Source: Octopus sinensis
Taxonomy: Eukaryota
Assembly: GCF_006345805.1 (NCBI RefSeq)
Contig: NW_021833713.1
Span: 1-57,611 of the forward strand
DNA length: 57,611 nt
Reading direction: 5' to 3'
Positions 1 through 10,334 of the stretch are shown here, in pieces. The notes beneath the pieces are model-generated. The model was not told the origin of the DNA, searched no databases, and worked only from the letters and a program-made list of their open reading frames with translations. The first letter of the stretch is position 1. Every line of letters starts with the position of its first letter. The position numbers and the translations under genes were made by a program.

Positions 1-1983
1 AAAGGTCACGGAGAGGGTCATAGCCCAACTAATTAGGGAGAGAGTCAGTTTAGATGAGATGCAGTTTGAGTTCATGCCAAGGAAAAGCACCACTGATGCT
101 ATATTTCTGGTAAGACAGCTGCAGGAGAAATTCCCAACCAAAGATTAACCTCTGTACTTGGCTTTCATTGACATGGAGAAAGCCCTATCTGGTGGTCAAT
201 GTGGAAACTAGGGATAGATGAGTGGTTAGTGAGAGCTGTGCAAGCTATGTACAGGGATGCTGTCAGTAAGGTGAGGATTAGTAATGAGTATAGTGAAGAA
301 TTCTGGGTAAGGGTAGGGGTCCATCAAGGATCAGTCCTCAGCCCCTACTTATGGATCATAATCCACCAGGTAATAAAAGAGGAATTCAAGACAAGATGCT
401 CTGAGAGCTCCCCTATGCTGCTGACCTTGCTCTAATAGCTGAGTCACTATCAGAACTAGGAGAAGTTTCAGATGTGGAAGCAAGGTCTAGAGTTGAAGGG
501 CTTTAGAGTCACTCTAGCAAAAACCAAAGAGGAAGGTAGACAAATTACAAATCCCTTCAGGTAGATCACCCTTCTCGGTCTGTAGAAAAGGCATACATAG
601 AAACTCCATAAGATGTACCTGGTGTAAGCTATTGACACATAAGAGATGGGCGCAATATCAAACAAAGGCTATCTAGGAAGATAGTTTTTGTGTGTGGCAA
701 ATGCACTGCGGCAACAAACACTGAAAATGTGTAGAAAACATCTTTCATCACATGCCAGGGGGAAAACTAGAAATAGTTGACAGCTTCCATTACCCAAGTA
801 ACCAAGTCAGTCACAGAGTTGGATGCTCTGAGAGTGTAGCTGCTAGAATAAGAATAACCGAGGCAAAGTTCAGAGAGCTTCTACCTCTGCTGGTAACAAA
901 GGGCCTCTCGCATGACGCATGTGTGCTAACAGACATGCTATATGGCAGTGAGACATGGGTTGTGATTGCTGAGGACATGCATAAGCTTGCAAGAAATGGA
1001 GCTTGTATGTTCTGCTGGATGTGTAATGTCTGTGCATACACAATGGAGTGTAAGCACCACGAGAAAGAACTTGGACTTAAGGAGCATCAGATGTGCTGTG
1101 CAAGAGAGATGACTGTGCTGGTATGGTCATGTGTTACATATGTATGAGGACAGTTGTGTGAAAAACTGTTACTCCCTAACAGTGGAGGGAACTCGTGGAA
1201 GAGGTAAACCCAGGAAGACCTGGGATGAGGTAGTGAAGCACAACCTTCGAACATTAGGCTTCATGGAATCAATGGCAAGTGACCAAGACCTTTGGAGATA
1301 TGCAGTCCTTGAGAAGAACCTGGCAAGCCAAGTGAGACCATATGCCAGTGTAGCATAACCAGCCCACAGGGCAATAAACTGTGCTTGAGAAGACCTGTTG
1401 AGTCAAGTGAAATCATTGTCATGGCTGATGCCAGTGCTGCCTGATTGGCACCCATGCCGGTGGAACATGAAAATCACCATTCTAGCATGGTTGATACCAG
1501 TCCCACTGGACTAGCTCCCATGCCAGTGACACGTAAAATGTACCACACAACTGTGGTTGATACCAGTGCCAGCTGACTGGTCCCATGCCTGTGGCACGTA
1601 AAAAGCGCCATGCAAGCGTAGTTCTTGGCTGGTTCTTGTGCCGGTTCACCAAGATATTCTATTGTAAAAATTGACCAGGAACAACATGATACTCAGCAAG
1701 CATAGTTCCTGGCTGGTTCTTGTGCCGGTAGCACATAAAAAGTACCATTCAAGCATGGTCATTGCCAGAGCCGCCTGACTGGCTCTGGTGCTGGTGGTGT
1801 GTAAAAAGCACCTACTACAATCTCGGAGTGGTTGGTGTTAGGAAGGGCATCCAACTGTAGAAACCTTGCCAGATCAAATTGGAGCATGGTGCAGCCTTCT
1901 GGCTTGCCAGTTCTCAGTCAAACTGTCCAACTCATGCCAGCAGGGAAAGTGAACACTAAATGATGATGATGATGATGATGATG
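1..1983 (+). mobile_element. Decayed RTE-clade LINE, 3' part (RT, PHD-like finger, C-terminus, modular 3' UTR, (GAT)n tail); runs off the window start
   Basis: Broken frames read KVTERVIAQLIRERVSLDEMQF, LAFIDMEKA, VGVHQGSVLSP, FHY..SNQVS and MLYGSETW, then GTRGRGKPRKTWDEVVKHNL. The 3' UTR has about 55-bp modules and a (GAT)n tail at about 1961-1983. Confidence 0.9.
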
Positions 1984-2139
1984 CAGACACTGAAATTGAA
2001 AACTCCATTGACATTGGAATTCAATATCTACAGGTAAGTTACAAATCAGTCTTAACAACGAGAGCCAAAGCTACTCACTATACAATGGTATTACAGATGG
2101 CTAACAGCTGTGGCAAAGTAGGAAATAGAACCACTAATA

Positions 2140-2230
2140 TAAACCAGTCTAGAAGACACTTGCCCAAGGTGTAGTGCAGTGAGGCTGTACTTGAAATCAT
2201 ATGTTTGGGAAGCAAACGTCTTAACCATAC
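2140..2230 (-). mobile_element. Decayed tRNA-derived SINE head fragment
   Basis: Reverse complement resembles the SINE at 30077-30231 (cttgggcaagtgtcttct core). Confidence 0.5.
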
Positions 2231-3379
2231 ATTTTGTAGAAATTCCTAGTTATCATCTGTGCTATAGGTGCCTAAATCATTATCCTTACAACCATATGCA
2301 TCAGTTAAAATTTCCCTAGACTTATTCCCAATTATGGGATGTTTTGTTTCCATATTTTCCTTCTCCAAGTCATATTTCATTCCTGTGTCTGCTTAGCTCC
2401 GACTGTTATGTTATTGGCTACCAATCTATGTTGTATAGTGCATTCTTCATTAGAAAAGATTTTCACTAGCAAATAAAACCTTCTGTTTGGTTTGTTAGTG
2501 AAAATGTCATTTATCTGACTACTTATGTGTTCACCAGATTAGTATGTGTTTGATGATTTGCATCACAGGATTCTAGGAGCATTACACCCTCCCCATTTCT
2601 TAAATCACAACCAGAACCTTCACTAACATTATGGAAAACACCATCTTTTTGGCCAACATATTAAATGAAGTTGCCAGCCACAATAATGAAAATACTGTCA
2701 ATCATTGTTGAGTCTATAGAAAGAACTCATAGAGTATGGAGAGAGTGGGGAATATTGCTTTTACACACAAGTGATGGTGAGTGAAAGACATTAAAGAAGA
2801 CAATGTAACATGATGTAGAAAGAGAAAAGAAAAAGAAAAATGACAATATATATATATATATATATATATAAATATATATATATGTAGTATCAAAAGTTTC
2901 TGCAGAAAGACAATAGAAAGAACAACATTCTATAGAGTCAATAGAGATGAATGTTATTAATAATATAGTCTACTGGCTCAGTTAGGTTACCCCTAGGTTA
3001 CAAAATCTACATCTGTAGACAATTATTTAATGCTCATATTTCCTACGTATCTCCCATCAGGCCCAAATAACATGATGGACTTAACTTGCAATAACATAAT
3101 TCAAAGAGACAAAATTGATTAGAGGTTATAACTCTTTAGCATTCATAAGTAACAATCAGAAGGACATGAAATACAGCACCATGAAATTTTCATATGAAAA
3201 ATATGATTATGTAATCTTCGAGAACTGATATTACGAAAGTATAATTTAATTTATGTCAATTTTTCTTTCAATTTTACTCTAGCACAAAGAAGTTATCTTA
3301 AACAACTGAAACCTTCTATTTCTTATTTTTTCAATATATATTTATTTGTGTGCAACCTCTTAACTTTTTACATACAAGT

Positions 3380-3419
<40 letters not shown>

Positions 3420-3432
3420 ATATATATATATG

Positions 3433-3730
3433 CTAGCTGAGTATCCTGTTGTTCCTGGTCAATTTTTACAATAGAATATCTTGGTGAACTTTTGGAATAG
3501 CACACCCACATAAATTGGATTTTTAACATTTTTCAACTTTTCGTCATCACAGTCTGCAAATGGAGGTGGAAAGGCTTTTGATGATAAAAAAGTTGTGAAA
3601 ATGTATGAAGTTTTTTACAACCCCCACGCACCACTGATTTGGCCAATTTTTTTTTGCACTACTCACTTAAAATCACTGGGAGTAGCCTGGAAGTTAAAAA
3701 AAAATTGGAGCTCACTATTTTTATATAGAG
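3433..3730 (-). mobile_element. Short, old non-autonomous Helitron-like element
   Basis: CTAG at 3433-3436 next to a decayed hairpin and a TA tract. The other end reads TCTCTATATAAAAATAGTGAG on the minus strand, like the 5' ends of the other Helitron-like copies. Confidence 0.4.
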
Positions 3731-4572
3731 AGAGAAAGAAAGTTGCAAATATATATATATAGACAGGGGGAAAATTCATCATGAGAAAAGTAAAAAAATC
3801 AAAGAGATAGACAAATAGAGAGATCTTTTCTGTAGCTGTTAGATTTTGAACTTGGTGAAAATTTTCAAATTTGGTATATTGATGTACTTTTTCACATTGA
3901 AACCAAGTTTGCAATTCATTTATTCTAGAAAAATTTTAGAAAAATGATAGACAGGTTTAAAGTTTGATCATTTTTACCCAATTAGAAAACAGGATTCGTA
4001 TGTGATAGCTAATGATAAAATGGAAGTGATGCAAGAGAAATAATACATAAAATAGTGGACAAAGTATTACATCAAGGAAGTCTGAACAAAGCTACACTTC
4101 TCTCAAAAACCAAATACATACAACGAGAGAGAGGGAGAGAGAGAGAGAAAGAGAGAGAAAGAGAAGGGGAGACAGAAAACTCATAAAAAGGAAAATAAAA
4201 TGACAAGATGCATACCAAGCAAACTGATTGACAAAGCCATATATAGATTCACACACATATATATACATAAAATATACACATATATAACACACCTATATAC
4301 GTGTTTGCACACACGTTTTCATATGATAAATATGCTGCTTAAAGTGTACATGTGTATAAATGTTGCATTAATAATAATAATAATTAAAATTGTAAGCAAC
4401 ATGGGGGTACTATTTTATTCTCTGCGTATGTTTTCTGGACATAGCAGCCATTAACATATTTAAGGAATGGTTTTCATAAATATCACTCAGCTTGGCTGTC
4501 TACTTGTTCAAGGGACTACATCTAAGTATTAATCTATTTTATTCAAATGTCACTTGATCAATCAATGCTTAC

Positions 4573-4602
4573 AATTCCTCTCTCCCATCAACATCCTATC
4601 CC
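4573..4602 (-). CDS. Candidate 30-bp microexon of the host gene (xG-D-R-M-L-M-G-E-R-N-), phase 1/1
   Basis: Acceptor gtttttgcag (AG at 4604-4603) and donor GTAAGC (4572-4567). Length is a multiple of 3, and it is open in the frame that continues the 4839-4949 exon. Confidence 0.5.
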
Positions 4603-4838
4603 CTGCAAAAACTAGTTGTACACTCTATCCTCATTGCTTATATGATAAATATGCCAGTTAGAATGCCCATCTGTATAACTATTGTATTAATAATAATAAT
4701 GATTAAATGCTAAAACTTTATCATAAGTCTGATTAACAGTAAATAATTAAAACTGTAAGCAACATGGGGCAACTGGTTTTCTCTGCATAGGTTTCTGGGC
4801 TTAGCATCCATTTTTGCAAACCAATTATGTCTGCTCAC

Positions 4839-4949
4839 CCACATTCACCTTTTCAATCTGAATGTGCATGACTTGCTTCCCTAGCTGCTTGTACTCCTCC
4901 TGTTCTGTGAGTAGAGGTTCTTTGTACCCATATACTTGTGTGCATATGC
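4839..4949 (-). CDS. Candidate 111-bp coding exon (GICTQVYGYKEPLLTEQEEYKQLGKQVMHIQIEKVNVG), phase 1/1
   Basis: Acceptor ttctttaacag (AG at 4951-4950) and donor GTGAGC (4838-4833). 37 open codons in non-repetitive, protein-like sequence. An alternative donor GTGAAT at 4848 and an in-frame TAA at 4827-4825 also exist. Confidence 0.55.
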
Positions 4950-5040
4950 CTGTTAAAGAACCATGTGCATGTAAGTATGCACTTATGTGGATTCCATATA
5001 TATATATACACATGTGTATGTAAATGTATGTGCTTGTGGG

Positions 5041-5102
<62 letters not shown>

Positions 5103-5103
<1 letters not shown>

Positions 5104-5327
5104 TCTTTATTACCCACAAGGGGCTAAACATAGAGGTGACAAACAAGGACAGACAAATGGATTAAGTCGATTACATCGACCCCAGTGTGTAACTGGTACT
5201 TAATTTATCAACACCGAAAAGATGAAAGGCAAAGTCGACCTCGGCAGAATTTGAACTCAGAACGTAACGGCAGACGAAATACGGCTATGCATTTCACCTG
5301 GCGTGCTAACGGTCCTGCCAGCTCGCC
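5103..5327 (-). mobile_element. tRNA-derived SINE with a Deu/Nin-like central domain
   Basis: Minus strand starts GGCGAGCTGGCAGG (A-box-like), has GAGTTCAAATTC (B-box), then GGTCGACTTTGCCTTTCATCTTTTCGGTGTTGATAAATTAAGTACCAG, which resembles the Deu/Nin SINE core. Confidence 0.75.
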
Positions 5328-5865
5328 ACCTTTTATGTATATATATATTTACATTTAAGCATACGCTTATTCAGACTGCATGTACATATATGTATATATA
5401 TAGTTTAGAGGATGAAGACAGGTGTTCTCTATATAGAATACACTTCGAAGTGCTCAAGAGATTTGAACTTCAGCTGGTAGATGAGTAAATATAATGACAA
5501 GCAAATTAGACAAGTTGCTTTACACAGAATATTAAATACATTTAATAGGAAAAATATACATATGTATAGATATAAAATAAGTCCGACTTATAGAATATAA
5601 ATGATATCAGGAGTTAAACAGGTAGAGTTTTTTAAGTCCAAAAGCTGTTTCTGGGAGCTTGGTAGTCCCGAATAATGGTGGTTATTTGCAGTCATCATCA
5701 GATAACATTGCCTTTGTCTTCAGGGGAGAGTTTTACACTGGAGAATTTTACATTTGAGGTGTTGACAGAATAGAGTTTGAAGATGCAATTCCATTTTCAA
5801 ATACTTATTAAATATCTTAAATCGACTTGCCTAATTTGCTTCTCATTATATTTATATGCATGTAT

Positions 5866-5901
<36 letters not shown>

Positions 5902-5902
<1 letters not shown>

Positions 5903-7475
5903 ATAGCATTATGACCCATCGTTGCCGGGTCATAGTGCTAGTGCATGTATATATATATGTGTACATGTTACATGTACATCTCTATATATACATCTACACA
6001 TAAAATACAAAATACAAACTTATATCTTGATATCGCTAGTAATAACAATACTCAAAATATATAACAGACTGGAATTGTAGGCCTGTCTCTTGCAATTTCG
6101 ATCAATTTTATCTTGTCCTCCCTCTTGTATAGAAGTGTGGCTACAATCCAGCCTACCTCTACTTTTGGGGGGACATTTTAAATTTTTATCCGGGACCTCC
6201 TACGTCCCAGATATAAAGGTAAAAATAAAATATTTCCACATTGCAAGGCTCGAGTCGAGTACTCCCTTGCATGCTCTGTTGACTCGAACCTTGCTTCTAT
6301 TGTGGCGAATTTACCACCTCTGGTTAGATACTTGATATCTTTCACAGTCACACCAAGACACTTTTCAATGGTGCTTTCCTCCAGGTGTTTAAATCGTTTT
6401 TTTTCTCTACATTGTATACTTTATAGGCAATAGTCTTTTCTTTAATTTAATTTTTTATTTCGTTTGGTGGTGTTATTCTAGATTCACCGTCTTTGTCGGT
6501 GATCAATCCAAAATAGGTTTGTATTTCTTCCATTTTAATTTTAATGAATTCGCCGCCCGCCGACGGCTGCAGCGAAATTCATTTTTGGACTTTCTTCTAT
6601 CGAAGACATTTTAACAAGAATGTTTCTGTGTAAACGGTGAAAATATTTTCAATTTCCCCAAACAGGGACACAATTCAATTTTTAAACAATAACCAAAGCT
6701 CCTTCTCCCAAAGGGGGAGGGTTACGGTTTACAATTATTTAACAAATGCAACACAACAACGCTTCCCTTACGAGGAACCAACAAACGTGATAACAATAGT
6801 TAAACAGAAATAATAATAACAACAAACCTTACAGTAAACCAAAGAGCAGTACTCTGTTGAAGCTATAGACCTTTATGGATCAGAAATAAACCAACAGCAG
6901 TACTCAGTAGAAGCATCTTTCGAGAAAACAGACATTATATACAGCCAAACTTCATATAGATACTTAATGCTAGCTAATTAGCAAATAATCTAATGTAAAA
7001 GCCGTGCACACCTCCATCTGGACTATTCCATTTCTCCACTTAAATTTTATTTTTTATTTATTCCCATTCATGTGAAACGACTGATTCAAGTTCAAGTCAT
7101 TTATGCAATTTTATACCAATTGTTATTTTTACTTTTGTTATGTTACAATAATATTATACTTTAGTTTGATTTTAATTATTAGTTACTACATATAATTCAA
7201 TTGTTATTATTATTTTATTGTTAAAGTGAAAGCATCTGACATAAAATAGAGAAATGCTTTTGTTTCACTTTTACGTAATACTGAAATAGTGGAGAAGATA
7301 TGATATTGCTATGGGCTCGCTCTAGGTAAGAAGTTAAACATTTTTTTGTGCCCATGAAACTACATGGACCCTAAGTAAGGCATGTGTCAAATTTGAATGA
7401 AATTGGTTCTGTAGTTCTCAAGTTTTAGGGAAACACACAGACAGACAGACAGACATTCTCAGTTTTATATAGAGA
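5902..7475 (-). mobile_element. Non-autonomous Helitron-like element, copy A (paralog of 40744-42005)
   Basis: Minus-strand 5' end is A|TCTCTATATAAAACTGAG at 7475. The 3' end is a long palindrome, TAGCATTATGACCC...GGGTCATAGTGCTAG (5902-5941). Flanked by TA tracts and collinear with the 40.7-42.0 kb copy. Confidence 0.7.
6052..6609 (-). pseudogene. Captured, disrupted LINE ORF1-like (L1/Tx1-type, RRM-like) fragment inside Helitron copy A
   Basis: After correcting two 1-bp frameshifts it reads MSSIEESPKMNF..MEEIQTYFGLITDKDGESRITPPNEIKN*IKEKTIAYKVYNVE..RFKHLEESTIEKCLGVTVKDIKYLTRGGKFATIEARFESTEHAREYSTRALQCGNILFLPLYLGRRRSRIKI*NVPPKVEVGWIVATLLY. The family assignment is from pattern recognition. 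Confidence 0.55.
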
Positions 7476-7519
7476 TATATAAATATATATATATATACAC
7501 ATATATATATACATATATA

Positions 7520-8956
7520 TCTCTTATTATAAAAGGCAGATTTTATCTGCCTCCCTTTGGGAGTTATACAAATCTACAATATAGGATTTCTTCAATTACA
7601 ATTTACCTAGCATTTTTAAGAGTACAATGCATCGCGTCATGCCAGGTCCAGTTTTTAAAATTTAAACTCCAATTAAGCAAAATTTACAGAAAACTCACAT
7701 TCTGGTGTGTGTGTCAAATGCTTTTCTTAGTCTGGTTTATACCACACGCAAACGCATACACACAGTGTGCAACGAATAAAATGAAAGTAAATAGCGACAG
7801 AGTGATTTGAGGAAGACTAAACTGAAAGTATTTAAACCACTACTCAAAAAATAAAAAAACACAGCAAACAGAAATTTCTTCAATTAGAGTTTACCTAAGA
7901 TTTTTCAGAGTACTTCAGTGGGTGATGCCATAAAAAATTTCTTTCAATTTTTACCACCAATTAAGACAAAATTCGAGAAAACTCAATATTTTAACATATC
8001 ACTCCGAAAGCATTGATGTACATGTGTGCGTGCGTGAGTGTGTGTGTGTCATTCCTCACACACGCATACACATACATATACAACTACATACAACTACATA
8101 CAACTACATACAACTACATACAAACACGTGTGTGTTTGTTATAGTAAAAAAGGCGCCAAATCACAACTCACTTATCATTCCAACACATTTGCAAAGACAC
8201 ACGGACGGACAGAAAAGGTAAATTGGTTTTTATTTTACTCTGTATATATTTTATTACGCCCGAATTTACATATTCATATTTAAATGAGAATATCAGAGCA
8301 AATCTCTTTAGTACATTCGTGAAAACACGTATTATACTTCGTAAAGAGTTCAACTACAGTTTTGTACAAAATCGAAGTGTAATTTTAATTCCGTGAATTA
8401 TGGGAGATTTTTTCCGAAATTTGTTCCTATTGTGTTTTCAAAATTTGTAATTCTGACAAAAAATGGATACGAATTTCATTATATCAAGCAGCGAGTCAGA
8501 ATTCGAAGGATTTTCTACTGAAGACCTTCATAAATCTAACTCTATGAGTGAAAAAAAAAACCATCTTTATATAAGAGTGAAGTTGTGTGATGTCTGTCTC
8601 CTACGATTTAGATTCCTAACTACTCCCACATTTTGCGGTGCAGTTTAACCAAAAGCGGTATCTTATAGTCGTGATTCATATCGAGCCCTTCTGGGTATTA
8701 GCGTGCGTCTACGATGAGTCTACGATTTAAAAAAATTTACCATCATATTTTCCATTTTAATGCATTTTTTTCGCTTTTATATAAGGGAAGTAACTCTCTA
8801 AAAATATCTACGATGTGTCAACGATTTAAAAAAAAATTTACCTTAATTTTTTTCAATTTTTAATGATTTTTTTGCTATTTTTTGGCTATGACTCTCTAAA
8901 AATGCTTATATAGTTATTTCCCTTACAACCCGAGCAACGCCGGGCGATACTGCTAG
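7520..8956 (+). mobile_element. Non-autonomous Helitron (composite; second internal TC start at 8564)
   Basis: A|TC at 7519/7520, hairpin CCCGAGCAACGCCGGG at 8929-8944, and CTAG at 8953-8956 followed by T. This is the canonical Helitron terminus geometry. It contains a (TACATACAAC)n tract at about 8070-8115 and about 100-bp internal tandem units at 8700-8900. Confidence 0.8.
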
Positions 8957-8975
8957 TATATATATATATACACAC

Positions 8976-9035
<60 letters not shown>

Positions 9036-9040
<5 letters not shown>

Positions 9041-10310
9041 GTTGAACTTCAAAATGCAAAAGTTTACAACACATTTATACAATTAAATCCGTATTTAGTT
9101 ACATCACACTTGTTGATGATGAGAGCTTGCAGACACTTTGAATAGTTTCCTAAATACTTTTTACATGTGGCGGGGCCTATTTTCCCCCATTCCAAAATTC
9201 TTTTCAATTCTTGTAAGTTACATGGATTTCTTTTTTGAACTCTGAGTTTCAATTTTTACCACAGATTTTTGATTGGATTATAGTCTGGAGATTGACTTCT
9301 CCATTCCAAAGCATTAATCCCATTTGTTTCCAACTAATACTTGCTCAGCTTTGCTGTGTGCTTTGAATCGTTATCATGTTGAAAGGCCCATCCTCGTTCC
9401 AAGTTTAGGGAATATGCACTAGGTATTAAACATCACTCTAAAATCTCCCTATATTTTTGACCATCCATTGTTCTTTTTACTACTTCCATTCTACCAACAC
9501 CTGATTAGCAAAAACAAGTCCATACCATTACTGATCCACCTCTGAATTTGACTGAACAGAAAGTATTCTCTGGCAGGTTCTCTATGCTGTTCTCTCTCCA
9601 AACCTTGTTTATTGAGTTTCTGCTGAGAAGCTCAATATTAGTTTCGTCAGACCACACTACATTTTCCCAATATGTAACCGGTTTACTTAAATGTCTCTTT
9701 GCAAAGGCAAAATGAAATTTAAAGTGACATTTCTTAAACAATGGAGTCTTTCTTGGAGAAGGAGAAAAGTGATCCTAATAACAAAGTGATATACTAATTA
9801 TATCTTTGCTCACATAAACTTCACATGATTCCAGATCTTCCTGCAGCTCCTTGAGTGTGGTTTGTGCTCTATTACTAGCTGTCCTTGTAAGTTTTCTTGC
9901 TGTATGCTCTGCTAACTTACATGGGTGACTTGAACAGACTAGAGAGAATTTCCAGTTAGGCATTAGCATACCAACTGAATTCAGTGGCACATTAAGCTGT
10001 GCAGAGACCTTTCTGTACCCACTGCCACTCTTGTGAAGGTCAACAATACACTCATAAAGGTCTTAAACAATTTGTTTATTTTTACCCAGAACTGATGTCA
10101 GAAATGATGCAATGGCTATAAATATTCACAAACAAAACTTCCCAAATCTTCTAGAACACTATGGATATTTTGAGAAACAAAATCATTTTTATTCAAAATA
10201 TATGAAAAATTATTCAATTGAGTTAAATGTGTTGTAAACTTTTGTTTTGAATTTCAACTTTTTTCCAAATAAAGTTTTTTCTGTTCATTATTATGTAATT
10301 CTGATTGTTG
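9036..10310 (-). mobile_element. Decayed Tc1-like DNA transposon
   Basis: Fragments read ARKLTRTASNRAQTTLKELQEDL, FAKRHLSKPVTYWENVVWSDETNIEL, VKFRGGSVMVW and RNPCNLQELKRIL..GKIGPATCKK..TKY. Inverted repeats lie at about 9036-9082 and 10216-10263. Confidence 0.85.
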
Positions 10311-10334
10311 CACTGAATTTATTACAAAAACTTC

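Noticed and set aside
1987-2039. Plus-strand DTEIENSIDIGIQYLQ followed by a consensus CAG|GTAAGT donor
   Set aside because: There is no polypyrimidine acceptor (it abuts an RTE tail), and a single consensus donor is expected by chance in a window this size.
5408-5460. ATGAAGA..hairpin..CGAAG resembling a decayed ribozyme core
   Set aside because: Several core positions are wrong. Only the hairpin is real.
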